From Antedon mediterranea (lineage: Eukaryota; Animalia; Echinodermata), in NCBI RefSeq assembly GCF_964355755.1, contig NC_092677.1:82001-146000 (forward strand): a stretch of DNA of 64,000 bases, written 5' to 3'. The position numbers were made by a program, and so were the translations under genes. The notes beneath the pieces were generated by a model. That model saw only the letters and a program-made list of their open reading frames with translations. It was not told the origin of the DNA and searched no databases. Every line of letters begins with the position of its first letter. Positions within the stretch are counted from its first letter, which is position 1. This document shows positions 41,601 to 56,600 of the stretch, piece by piece.

Positions 41601-44600
41601 TCTATTCTTCTTCCTACCTACTGTATGGCCCTGACTAATACATTGTAGAGTAAGTCTCATTACAGTTCTATTCTTCTTCCTACCTACTGTATGGCCCTGA
41701 CTAATACATTGTACAGTAAGTCTCATTACAGTTCTATTCTTCTTGCTACCTACTGTATGGCCCTGACTAATACATTGTAGAGTAAGTCTCATTACAGTTC
41801 TATTCTTCTTGCTACCTACTGTATGGCCCTGACTAATACATTGTACAGTAAGTCTCATTACAGTTCTATTCTTCTTGCTACCTACTGTATGGCCCTGACT
41901 AATACATTGTAGAGTAAGTCTCATTACAGTTCTATTCTTCTTCCTACCTACTGTATGGCCCTGACTAATACATTGTAGAGTAAGTCTCATTACAGTTCTA
42001 TTCTTCTTCCTACCTACTGTATGGCCCTGACTAATACATTGTACAGTAAGTCTCATTACAGTTCTATTCTTCTTGCTACCTACTGTATGGCCCTGACTAA
42101 TACATTGTACAGTAAGTCTCATTACAGTTCTATTCTTCTTCCTACCTACTGTATGGCCCTGACTAATACATTGTAGAGTAAGTCTCATTACAGTTCTATT
42201 CTTCTTCCTACCTACTGTATGGCCCTGACTAATACATTGTACAGTAAGTCTCATTACAGTTCTATTCTTCTTCCTACCTACTGTATGGCCCTGACTAATA
42301 CATTGTAGAGTAAGTCTCATTACAGTTCTATTCTTCTTGCTACCTACTGTATGGCCCTGACTAATACATTGTACAGTAAGTCTCATTACAGTTCTATTCT
42401 TCTTCCTACCTACTGTATGGCCCTGACTAATACATTGTAGAGTAAGTCTCATTACAGTTCTATTCTTCTTCCTACCTACTGTATGGCCCTGACTAATACA
42501 TTGTACAGTAAGTCTCATTACAGTTCTATTCTTCTTCCTACCTACTGTATGGCCCTGACTAATACATTGTAGAGTAAGTCTCATTACAGTTCTATTCTTC
42601 TTCCTACCTACTGTATGGCCCTGACTAATACATTGTAGAGTAAGTCTCATTACAGTTCTATTCTTCTTCCTACCTACTGTATGGCCCTGACTAATACATT
42701 GTACAGTAAGTCTCATTACAGTTCTATTCTTCTTGCTACCTACTGTATGGCCCTGACTAATACATTGTAGAGTAAGTCTCATTACAGTTCTATTCTTCTT
42801 CCTACCTACTGTATGGCCCTGACTAATACATTGTACAGTAAGTCTCATTACAGTTCTATTCTTCTTCCTACCTACTGTATAGCCCTGACTAATACATTGT
42901 ACAGTAAGTCTCATTACAGTTCTATTCTTCTTCCTACCTACTGTATGGCCCTGACTAATACATTGTAGAGTAAGTCTCATTACAGTTCTATTCTTCTTCC
43001 TACCTACTGTATGGCCCTGACTAATACATTGTACAGTAAGTCTCATTACAGTTCTATTCTTCTTCCTACCTACTGTATGGCCCTGACTAATACATTGTAC
43101 AGTAAGTCTCATTACAGTTCTATTCTTCTTCCTACCTACTGTATGGCCCTGACTAATACATTGTACAGTAAGTCTCATTACAGTTCTATTCTTCTTCCTA
43201 CCTACTGTATGGCCCTGACTAATACATTGTAGAGTAAGTCTCATTACAGTTCTATTCTTCTTCCTACCTACTGTATGGCCCTGACTAATACATTGTAGAG
43301 TAAGTCTCATTACAGTTCTATTCTTCTTCCTACCTACTGTATGGCCCTGACTAATACATTGTACAGTAAGTCTCATTACAGTTCTATTCTTCTTCCTACC
43401 TACTGTATGGCCCTGACTAATACATTGTAGAGTAAGTCTCATTACAGTTCTATTCTTCTTCCTACCTACTGTATGGCCCTGACTAATACATTGTAGAGTA
43501 AGTCTCATTACAGTTCTATTCTTCTTCCTACCTACTGTATGGCCCTGACTAATACATTGTACAGTAAGTCTCATTACAGTTCTATTCTTCTTGCTACCTA
43601 CTGTATGGCCCTGACTAATACATTGTAGAGTAAGTCTCATTACAGTTCTATTCTTCTTCCTACCTACTGTATGGCCCTGACTAATACATTGTACAGTAAG
43701 TCTCATTACAGTTCTATTCTTCTTGCTACCTACTGTATGGCCCTGACTAATACATTGTAGAGTAAGTCTCATTACAGTTCTATTCTTCTTCCTACCTACT
43801 GTATGGCCCTGACTAATACATTGTACAGTAAGTCTCATTACAGTTCTATTCTTCTTGCTACCTACTGTATGGCCCTGACTAATACATTGTAGAGTAAGTC
43901 TCATTACAGTTCTATTCTTCTTCCTACCTACTGTATGGCCCTGACTAATACATTGTACAGTAAGTCTCATTACAGTTCTATTCTTCTTGCTACCTACTGT
44001 ATGGCCCTGACTAATACATTGTAGAGTAAGTCTCATTACAGTTCTATTCTTCTTCCTACCTACTGTATGGCCCTGACTAATACATTGTAGAGTAAGTCTC
44101 ATTACAGTTCTATTCTTCTTCCTACCTACTGTATGGCCCTGACTAATACATTGTACAGTAAGTCTCATTACAGTTCTATTCTTCTTGCTACCTACTGTAT
44201 GGCCCTGACTAATACATTGTAGAGTAAGTCTCATTACAGTTCTATTCTTCTTCCTACCTACTGTATGGCCCTGACTAATACATTGTACAGTAAGTCTCAT
44301 TACAGTTCTATTCTTCTTGCTACCTACTGTATGGCCCTGACTAATACATTGTAGAGTAAGTCTCATTACAGTTCTATTCTTCTTCCTACCTACTGTATGG
44401 CCCTGACTAATACACTGTACAGTAAGTCTCATTACAGTTCTATTCTTCTTCCTACCTACTGTATGGCCCTGACTAATACATTGTAGAGTAAGTCTCATTA
44501 CAGTTCTATTCTTCTTCCTACCTACTGTATGGCCCTGACTAATACATTGTACAGTAAGTCTCATTACAGTTCTATTCTTCTTGCTACCTACTGTATGGCC

Positions 44601-47600
44601 CTGACTAATACATTGTAGAGTAAGTCTCATTACAGTTCTATTCTTCTTGCTACCTACTGTATGGCCCTGACTAATACATTGTACAGTAAGTCTCATTACA
44701 GTTCTATTCTTCTTCCTACCTACTGTATGGCCCTGACTAATACATTGTAGAGTAAGTCTCATTACAGTTCTATTCTTCTTCCTACCTACTGTATGGCCCT
44801 GACTAATACATTGTACAGTAAGTCTCATTACAGTTCTATTCTTCTTCCTACCTACTGTATGGCCCTGACTAATACATTGTACAGTAAGTCTCATTACAGT
44901 TCTATTCTTCTTGCTACCTACTGTATGGCCCTGACTAATACATTGTAGAGTAAGTCTCATTACAGTTCTATTCTTCTTCCTACCTACTGTATGGCCCTGA
45001 CTAATACATTGTAGAGTAAGTCTCATTACAGTTCTATTCTTCTTCCTACCTACTGTATGGCCCTGACTAATACATTGTAGAGTAAGTCTCATTACAGTTC
45101 TATTCTTCTTCCTACCTACTGTATGGCCCTGACTAATACATTGTACAGTAAGTCTCATTACAGTTCTATTCTTCTTCCTACCTACTGTATGGCCCTGACT
45201 AATACATTGTAGAGTAAGTCTCATTACAGTTCTATTCTTCTTCCTACCTACTGTATGGCCCTGACTAATACATTGTAGAGTAAGTCTCATTACAGTTCTA
45301 TTCTTCTTCCTACCTACTGTATGGCCCTGACTAATACATTGTAGAGTAAGTCTCATTACAGTTCTATTCTTCTTCCTACCTACTGTATGGCCCTGACTAA
45401 TACATTGTACAGTAAGTCTCATTACAGTTCTATTCTTCTTCCTACCTACTGTATGGCCCTGACTAATACATTGTAGAGTAAGTCTCATTACAGTTCTATT
45501 CTTCTTCCTACCTACTGTATGGCCCTGACTAATACATTGTAGAGTAAGTCTCATTACAGTTCTATTCTTCTTCCTACCTACTGTATGGCCCTGACTAATA
45601 CATTGTACAGTAAGTCTCATACAACAATACAAAAAAATGATTTTGCTTTCAAAATATATGTTAGCCTTTGATACCTTGGATCACCATAAAGACCACCTGA
45701 ACAGTATTGACAGTTGGTTCCATTTGTTTGGTCTCTACAATAACATCGACCGGAGGAAGAGTTGCAAAACCCTTTAGCTGGGTCACCATGACCGTTACAG
45801 GAGCATTCTTCACAAGTAAAGCCAGCTGTAGTGATCTTTTTGTAGAAACCAGTTAAACAGCTATCACATCTCGTACCGGTTGTGTTGTCTGTTAAGAAAA
45901 GTGTAAGATTTCAACAACTACAGGATAACAAAACTTACAAAATAGCAATAAAGAATTCAAAATTGTTTTTTTATATATTCGGCATATTTTTTTCCAAAAA
46001 CCAAAACTGTAGATGAGATGCAGTAACTATAAAGTATTGAAGTTGGTGGTTAAGGGTCCTGGGTTAGGGTTAGGGTTAGGTTATTGAAGTTGGTGGTTAA
46101 GGGTCCTGGGTTAGGGTTAGGGTTAGGTTATTGAAGTTGGTGGTTAAGGGTCCTGGGTTTCTTTGAGAAGGATAGTGAATGTGTCTATGTATCCTTGACA
46201 ATATATCTAAATATATAAGAGAAGAGTATACATACGTTGACACTGATCACATACGGCAACACCTTTCAAACAAGTACTGTGCATATTGCATTCACAATCT
46301 ACCTCACATCTGTTACCAGTCCAACCTATTTCACAGCTACATTTATTCTCAAAGGGATTTGAACATCTTCCATGAACACAGGCTTCAGTACATCTGCAAA
46401 CAAATTAACAGTTTAATTTTAATAATTCTAACCCTAACCCTAACACAGGCTTCAGTACATCTGCAAACAAATTAACAGCAATTAAATCAAACATTCAGCT
46501 CTTTTTTGTGTGTGGTGTGGCATGTCTTATGGCGACAGTGGTCCTTTGACCTCTTTTGCCACTCCTTGGCACACTCAAAGTTTATGTATTGTTTTAATGT
46601 TGCTAAAATTAATAAATATAGTAGTGATATGATGTCGTGTGACATATGGACACATTAAATTTTGTTGTCACATAAAGTTTAATAGTGTAAACAGAGTTTT
46701 ACACTTGGATCTTGGATTATAGTTTTATTTCTCAATAAAAATTTGATCTATATCTTTCTTTTTTGTACAAATCACACCATCTTTTTCATATCTCTCATTA
46801 TACTCACGTTTTTTGACAAGTTACACCATCTCCTTCAAATCCCTCGTTGCAACGACAAGAAAAGCCAAGGTGCTCATCAATGCAAGTGGCGTTCCCCGAG
46901 CAGTTATTCTGATGTCGCTCACACAGATGACATTTTTGATAATCCCAGATGGCTGGAGATGTTACATTAGTTGCACTGATGTACGTACACTCAGATTGCA
47001 ATGGTCCATTAAAGTCACCTTCTATACATCTTAAATATAATAACAATCCTTATTACATCATGCACACAGTCAAAAATAATTTTAATTTTGTTAAATCTAG
47101 ACGATGTAATATTAATAGTGTGAGAGAAACGTACTTGGCAATCAAGTAGTTAGTAGGATCAGTAATAGAGTGAGAGAAACTTACTTGGCAACCAAGTAGT
47201 TAGTAGGATCAGTAATAGAGTGAGAGAAACTTACTTGCCAACCAAGTAGTTAGTAGGATCAGTAATAGAGTGAGAGAAACTTACTTGCCAACCAAGTAGT
47301 TAGTAGGATCAGTAATAGAGTGAGAGAAACTTACTTGCCAACCAAGTAGTTAGTAGGATCAGTAATAGAGTGAGAGAAACTTACTTGCCAACCAAGTAGT
47401 TAGTAGGATCAGTAATAGAGTGAGAGAAACTTACTTGCCAACCAAGTAGTTAGTAGGATCAGTAATAGAGTGAGAGAAACTTACTTGCCAACCAAGTAGT
47501 TAGTAGGATCAGTAATAGAGTGAGAGAAACTTACTTGCCAACCAAGTAGTTAGTAGGATCAGTAATAGAGTGAGAGAAACTTACTTGCCAATCAAGTAGT

Positions 47601-50600
47601 TAGTAGGATCAGTAATAGAGTGAGAGAAACTTACTTGCCAATCAAGTAGTTAGTAGGATCAGTAATAGAGTGAGAGAAACTTACTTGCCAACCAAGTAGT
47701 TAGTAGGATCAGTAATAGAGTGAGAGAAACTTACTTGCCAATCAAGTAGTTAGTAGGATCAGTAATAGAGTGAGAGAAACTTACTTGCCAATCAAGTAGT
47801 TAGTAGGATCAGTAATAGAGTGAGAGAAACTTACTTGCCAATCAAGTAGTTAGTAGGATCAGTAATAGAGTGAGAGAAACTTACTTGCCAACCAAGTAGT
47901 TAGTAGGATCAGTAATAGAGTGAGAGAAACTTACTTGGCAACCAAGTAGTTTGTAGGATCAGTACACCAGCCACACTGAAATGCAGAAATACAATCAACA
48001 CAACTTGTGTATTTTGAGCAATCAACACACTTAGATGGCCTACAAAAAAAAGAACAAATATTAAAATAATTATTAAGAATCTTAAGACTGATCTTAAAGT
48101 TAAGACTGATCTTAAAGTTAAGACTGATCTTAATGTTAAGACTGATCTTAATGTTAAGACTGATCTTATTATGTTAAGACTGATCTGATTATGTTAAGAC
48201 TGATCTGAATGTTAAGACTGATCTTAATGTTAAGACTGATCTAAATGTTAAGACTGATCTTAATGTTAAGACTGATCTTATTATGTTAAGACTGATCTTA
48301 TTATGTTAAGACTGATATATAATATATAATAATAATAATACCAGATTTATATAGCGCCCTTTTCATGAGTAATCATGCTCAAAGGCGCTTTACAAGCATT
48401 ATTACCCCAGTATTTTTTGGGATCAAACACGTATGGAAACATACTCCCATAATGCAGCCGGTAACCAGCGCAGTTGTGTCTAGATCTAACTGGGTACCCA
48501 TTTATACACCTGGGTGGAGAGAGGCAACGTAAGTAAAGTATCTTGCCTACGGATACAAGCAATGCGGCGAGAGTTGGATTCGAACCTAGGTCTGACGATC
48601 GGTAGTCCAACGTCCAACACACTGCGCCACACGCCCTCAGATGTTAAGACTGATCTTAATGTTAAGACTGATCTTAATGTTAAGACTGATCTTAATAAAA
48701 ATTTCAAATAGTTGTGGTTCACATAATTATCTATAATTACAGTAACATTTTAAAGATAAAAAATGTTAATTTGGACTTACTCGTCATACCAATGTGAACA
48801 TTGACCGAATGGAAACAACAATGTATATGTGCCATACACAAAACAATGATTAGTCTCTTCACACCAGCCACAGGTTGGATTACTAGTACAGCTAAGACAA
48901 GAAGTTGCCCTGTAATGTAAAATTAAGAACTATCATTAGTCTCTTAACACCAGCCACAAGCTGAATTGTTAATACAAATTATCAATAACATATTTAGTAT
49001 AGCACAAACTTATTCTTTAATTGTATTTCTATATAATGTTACCTTTTATAATGATAATAGGTAAAATAAATGTCATGATTGATTGACTTACATCAAGCAA
49101 GGGTCACCGCATTGGTCAGGTGAACTGATTGAAATTTCATAACCGCCTTTCCTATCACATATCAATTTATCAGGATTCCACACACACAAGCCATCCTAAA
49201 AAAATATACATTCTAAATTAATTTTTACATCAAAACTGTGATATTTACTGGAAAACTATATTTATGACTTTTTACGAAATATTAGTTACCTGAGTACATG
49301 ATTGACAACTAATATGGTAGTCACAATTGACACACATCATACAAGATATTAGTTACCGGAGTACATGATTGACAACTAATATGGTAGTGATAATTGACAC
49401 ACATACAAGATATAGATATTAGTTACCTGAGTACATGATTGACAACTAATATGGTAGTGACAATTGACACACATACAAGATATTAGTTACCTGAGTACAA
49501 GATTGACAACTAATATGGTAGTCACAATTGACACACATCATACAAGATATTAGTTACCTGAGTACAAGATTGACAACTAATATGGTAGTCACAATTGACA
49601 CATATCATAAAGTCCAACACCAAGTGATGACTTGGGTTCACACCACAGCGTGTTGAGGATACAATTGGTCCATTACGAAATTCACAGGTAAAACTTGTAG
49701 GACACCAACCACATGAAGCATCAGTTAGACATGCTTTACAATTGGTGTATTGAGAACAATCAGAACTGTAGAATGGTTGTAGGTACTCTTCAGTTAAATC
49801 CTACAAAACATTAATTAATATTAATATAAATATTATTATTATTTTATGAAATAATATGGAGTATTGTTAGATGCAGACAGTGTTTACAGTGTATGGTACT
49901 GTTAAATGTAAATGCTACATACAGATATAGTATACATGTAGTAGTAGATTAGGCTATACAGTTTACAGTGTATGGTACTGTTGTTAAATGCTACATACAG
50001 ATATAGTATACATGTAGTAGTAGATTAGGCTATACAGTTTACAGTGTATGGTACTGTTAAATGCTACATACAGATATAGTATACATGTAGTAGTAGATTA
50101 GGCTATACAGTTTACAGTGTATGGTACTGTTAAATGCTACATACAGATATAGTATACATGTAGTAGTAGATTAGGCTATACAGTTTACAGTGTATGGTAC
50201 TGTTGTTAAATGCTACATACAGATATAGTATACATGTAGTAGTAGATTAGGCTATACAGTTTACAGTGTATGGTACTGTTGTTAAATGCTACATACAGAT
50301 ATAGTATACATGTAGTAGTAGATTAGGCTATACAGTTTACAGTGTATGGTACTGTTAAATGCTACATACAGATATAGTATACATGTAGTAGTAGATTAGG
50401 CTATACAGTTTACAGTGTATGGTACTGTTAAATGTAAATGCTACATACAGATATAGTATACATGTAGTAGTAGATTAGGCTATACAGTTTACAGTGTATG
50501 GTACTGTTAAATGCTACATACAGATATAGTATACATGTAGTAGTAGATTAGGCTATACAGTTTACAGTGTATGGTACTGTTAAATGTAAATGCTACATAC

Positions 50601-53600
50601 AGATATAGTATACATGTAGTAGTAGATTAGGCTATACAGTTTACAGTGTATGGTACTGTTAAATGCTACATACAGATATAGTATACATGTAGTAGTAGAT
50701 TAGGCTATACAGTTTACAGTGTATGGTACTGTTAAATGCAACATACAGATATAGTATACATGTAGTAGTAGATTAGGCTATACAGTTTAGTACTGTAGTA
50801 GATTAGTACAGTAATTTAAGTACTCACTTGAAATCTATCACGGCCGTTTTCAAGATTACCATTCCATTGAAGGTCCAAGGAATAATACCTAGCAGAGCTA
50901 ATATCTTGTAGGTTCATGTAATACTTGACACCACGTGAAACGTTACGGAAGATATCAGAGTTATCTGGAGTTACTGCCTCACCTTCAGCTGGTTGGATTT
51001 TGAGAAACTACAAATAAAAAATAATTATTTACAAAGAATACTTACTAAAAGCAGCATAATACTGATTTTTACCTCCAAAAGCAAGCAAGCAAGAAAGGAC
51101 AAACCACTGAAGAACTGACTGATAAAAAGCCACTCTAATTTGCTCAATGTATACAAGCTACTTATCTTATAAACTATTGCTTAGCCTAACTTGCAACTTG
51201 CTAGCTACCTTTATTTGGCGTTTTAGGGAATAAGGAGACCTTACCTTATTTTGTGTTGGGGTATTGCTAATAATAATACTGGTATTATCCTCTTCATTGC
51301 TCCCTATCCAGACACGTAGACGACTTCCATGCGGTGGTTCTGCTTCGTTTGGATATATAAACCCTTTCATGATTGTCATATGTTCATATTTATTATTGCC
51401 AAATGTAAAATGATAAGCCGAGTTCCTTATGATTTCAACCTGAAAAAATTGCAGTTTTCAAATTATTATTTTTATCAATTAATAAGACAAGTATAAAATA
51501 AGTAGTTGGTGCAGCATTGTATACAAGTGTGATTACCTCATCTGGATGTGCCCTATTGATTGGTGTTGTATATTTTATCAATGTCAAGCCTGGTGGAAAG
51601 TCATCAGTCCTGCACTGTTCAAATCTTTTTAAAAACAATCCATTTCTCCCCCACCATCCAGTAATAGATGTAGAGTTGATCAGATCTTGACAGAATCCAG
51701 ACACTTCTGTTATGAAAAGTAACAGAACATCATTATCAACAAATTCTACATGTATTGATTGAGTATAAAAGTTTGAAAAAGTAAACAAAATGTTACCATT
51801 AATTCTTGTGCACATTGCATCCTGGACACACCAACCACACTTCTCATTCAATCTAACACCAACAGGAGCATATGTTATAGGTCCAGTTCCTTGACCCCAA
51901 ATGGTACACGATTCACAGGTTGTTAATACATCACATACACCAGGACAATCACTCAGTTGAAATTTACCAGCACACATCTTTAAAGGGAATAATTAAAAAC
52001 ACCAGCTTACTACCAAGAAACTTGATTATTAAAAGAATATATTTATGGGTGTATTGATCAAAATTAATATGTATTATTGGTAATAAAAATATTGATAATT
52101 TTAAATGTTTGTTTTGTTGTACAGGAATTGGCTAAATATAAAAACAACTGAATGATAGATGTCAACTTACATTTTGCTGGCTATGCGGTAAACATGCTGG
52201 TGTGTTGTCAGCAACAGTATGCAAACACCATCCACAATCAGGGTCTAGCTCACACGATGTCATGCTGTACACAAAATGACAAAAAACAAGAAAATAAACA
52301 ACCAATGCTAAATTAAAATAAAATAATGACACTCATTTCAATAATTCTCATCTATAGGTGATTTTTGGTTTGAAGATGAAACTAACTAAATGATGAATCA
52401 AGAATTTTAGATGAAACTAAGTTTGGTTAATGAATCATTAATGTTCTTAGGAAGTGAAGTTAGATCCAGTAAATCTGATATTGAATAGAACACTAGTTGT
52501 TATCAACGATTCTTGCTATATAGCTCAGAAGATGCTTCTATACAAAACTTTCTTTCTTAATTAGTGATCAAAATGGTAAGACCCATTACATGTCAATGGA
52601 TATGTAATTCATTCACACATACCTTGTGTGCATGTGGCAAAATGTATTGCATTCAGCAGGATGATGACTAGCAGAGTTTGTAGCTACTGAACCAGCAACT
52701 TTAACAGCTATTAAATCATTTAGTGCCGTTCCACTAAACCCTCCAGCAATGAGTAAAATGTTGTCATTTCTAACAGCTGCAATGTGACCAAAACGACCTC
52801 TTGGGTGATGAATTGTTGCATTTGTGGCTACAAGTAAAGCACAATGGTTTGTATGATGAAATGTTGAAAGCTATGAGCAATTAAATAATGTTTGTAAATG
52901 ATTTATTTATTTCAACAATATTTGATTATTAGGGACTCGCAAAAACACAATATGACAAAAGACATAAATAACAATAAAAATAAAATGAATGATTAAATCA
53001 TCCTCATTCTAAACACAAAGAGCAGTAATAATAATAAATAATAGGATGATGTAAGAACCTTTTCTGAAGTCTTGGCTGATTTCTTCATCTGTAAGCCAGC
53101 GATGACAACCTAAATGGTAGAATGACACTTGGTCTTCATAACATTTCTCAACAACATTCTTTTTTTTCCCACGAAATACATGAACATTTCCTCCTGTGAA
53201 TAAAGACATGATACAACATGATTTGAATGGAATCCAACATTTTTCACTAAATTGCAGGTTTGTATCTCAAATCTATAATATTTATCACAATGCAATCATT
53301 CAAAAGGTGGATTAACCTACCATATACTACCATGTAGTTTCCCATGATTACAGCTGTATGAAATGCACGCATAAGAGGAGCACGTTTTATGCGGTTTTCC
53401 CATTCCATCCAATACAGTTTATCAATATGGAAGGCATACGTTTCATTGGTTCTAGCTGTTACTCTATAAAACAAACAAAAAACACAAAAACATATCTGTA
53501 AACTTTTAAAACAATTTTGGTTAATTCATAGGGCCTACAAAATCTGGTATTCTATACTAAAGAGATTAGAAGTACTTAATATTAAGTTTAATAAATCTTA

Positions 53601-56600
53601 CTTGAGCCATTTTGGTCGAAATCCACCAAAAATGATAAGAGACTTGGAGTCATAATGATATACACTGCTATGGCCAGAGACACGTACATCATACTCTAGT
53701 CCGCCAAGCGGCTTAACAAGACTCCACCCATTTCTAAGAACTAGGTCATATTTGAACAGACTTCCAAGGAAGTCTTCATCTCTTGAATGACCTGATAGAA
53801 ATATATTTCATTAATATATTAATAGAAACCACAGATTTTAATCTGCTGTGAAATTATCATACACATAATTTATTGATTACAATAGTGAGATTTACTGTTT
53901 TTTATTGTATCACCATTTACAGTATAACTTAAAGACACCTTCCCTACGTTTTTTAGATCTATTTTAAGATCACAAACTATATTTAATCTAAAAATAATAC
54001 TATATGGTCCTATTGCGATAACTTTTTTCGTCTTTAAATGGTTAAAATTGTGAAAAATAAGTCGATTCTAATAATTATAGCGGCCCGCTATAAATCCCAA
54101 AATGCATTGCGCGCGGATTGATATTTCTGTTTTTCTTCTGTAATTCACCCACTTTTCGATCAATCGTGAGGCCAAAACAAATGGAAGACTCCTAACTTTT
54201 CAGCAAAAATACCGGGTTTTTCCCAATTTGTATCAACGGAGTCTGGCAAAAATAGAAAGAAAATTAATGCAGCAACTATACAACGTCAGGCTAGGTATAT
54301 AGCTAGCGTACGATGTTCGTACGTTACCGATGTTTACCAGCTAGGCCTACAAAACTAAGCCTAGCTAGGCTAGGCCTAAAGACCGTCCACGAGAGGTCAG
54401 TCGCCGCGAGCTACCTAGGTAGTGCATTGTTTCTCACTTTTTATCATAATTTACCATAAAACGTACATTTAAGACAAGGAATGACCTGGTTTAATGTTTT
54501 TAAAGTATATATGTGACGTTTTACAAAACGTCACAAATTGTAGGGAAGGTGTCTTTAACTGTTTAGGCACACAAATATTCACAAAATTTACAAGAATAGT
54601 CAATACAATAAATTAAGAATACTGGAAAAAACAAAATAAAAATGTTACCTCCAAATATGTATAGACCTGAATATTCCACAATAGAGGCAGAGTGGTCAGC
54701 CCTAGCAACAGGTACAGAATGTGCACCAGGATGCAATAACTGCCATTCAAATGATGTTATTTGAAAAGACCACAACTCATTGGAGTAAGAGCCATTACTT
54801 AGCATACCACCAAAAACTATTAGCTCATCCTGATATAAGACTACTGTGTGAGAACGTCTACCAACCTGTGAATACATTTATCAGAGTCAGAATATAATCA
54901 GTAAAAATTTACAAAAGAAAACAATCGGTGAAAACAGAACAGATATCTGTCTGCTGATTGATAATGCCAAAGTTGGTACTTTGTTGGAATCAGATTTTAA
55001 GATTGGTATTAAGCTGAGTGAATTGTAAGAATGTCAACTTACTGGTTTAATATCAGTGCTTGGCTGGATATCTTGCCATGTGTTTGATGTAAAATTAAAC
55101 ATTATTATATCATCTAGCACTCTATTCATATCAAAACCTATAACATGAAAACATTTTTAGGAAAAATTACAGAAAATTTTAAAATACAAATTTATTATAA
55201 TCATAAACTTTGCATATTAAACATTGTAAATTATGAACATTAAAAGTTCAAAAGTTATCCTAATAATTACATGCATTTAGTTAGAAATAAACTTACCACC
55301 AAATATCCAGATGGCATTTGTTTTAGGATGAAAAGCTCCACCATGTGCAGTTCTAGGAACTGGTAATCCGGTAGAGATTGTAACATTTGTGGCCCAGTCA
55401 CTACTGTCTGTGGTTGATAGGCTACAATCATCCCCTATATAACCATCATAACATTCACAATAACTAGAACCCTGACAAATAACAACAAAAAACATTTAAA
55501 CATCACCAAATGGCATTTATTTTCATAAGAGATTTAAAAAAAAAAGATGAGAATAAAGAAAGAACTTACATTGGTATTGCGATGACAGATGCCATGTCCT
55601 TGGGAGGCACCACAATCTTTAGGACATGTTTTAATCTCACAGGCTTCTCCTGTATATGCATTGTTACAGATGCATTTATGGTCTTGGCATATCCCATTAC
55701 CAGAACAATTATACAAGCAATCTTCCACAATGTAAGATGCATGTAATCCCTTCAATACATAATTTGTATCACTATATAAATATATCAGCATCTGAAATGA
55801 AAAGAAAACGAAATTTAATCCCAGAACAGACTCTAAGAAGTCACTTGATAACCTAAAGCAGATTGCCTGTCAAGGGTCATTCCATCTCAGTTCACCCAAA
55901 AAAAATGGAATTTTAAACCCTACCTCTTCCAATTTTGATGAAATATATGTATATATGAAGTATATGGGTGATTCATAGCAATTAAAGCCAACATTTCAAA
56001 TTTTAACTTTATCGGACCAACGGTTTTCGAGATATCGCAATTTCAATTTTCGGTTTTTACGCAAAAAAGCGCGCGGCCGCCACGTTTCAAAGAGCTGTAT
56101 CTCGGGAACTATAGGTTCGATTTTAAAAACAAAGGTATTTTTGTAAAGGGGAGACCATAAGGAACCTAAATATACTAATTGTGTTTGTTTTATGTTAATT
56201 TTAAGTTGAATAAAACTTTGACATATATTTTGACCTTGAAATTGACCCCGTGGAACACGCCCGATTTGTTGGTGACTATCACGAAAAATGTAGCCCTACG
56301 TGTCAACTACAACATATAAAAAAATTGGAGGGGTTTTTTTCTTTGTTTCCATGAAATTACAATTTGAAGTTGACATACCTCTTCCTTTTAGTGTATTTTT
56401 GGTGTTGTTATACTTATACACAGTGTGAACACTAACTGTTAAGGTGTCTTATTGTTACGCTTTCTCATCAGGCCCACTTAAACAGTAGATGTATTTTGAT
56501 ATGAGAAATACTGGGTAACTCACATACTTTTCAAATCAATTTTGACACATAGTTTAGTGTCCTTACTATGTTATTATGCACATTAACATATGCATAATAA

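Noticed and set aside
38617-45632. 706-aa and 1623-aa ORFs
   Set aside because: They arise from a 66-bp unit lacking stops in one frame, lie inside a MEGF8 intron and are broken by a 1-bp deletion near 40793.
46068-46127. True telomere or chromosome fusion site
   Set aside because: Only about three TTAGGG units per copy, inside an intron of an intact gene.
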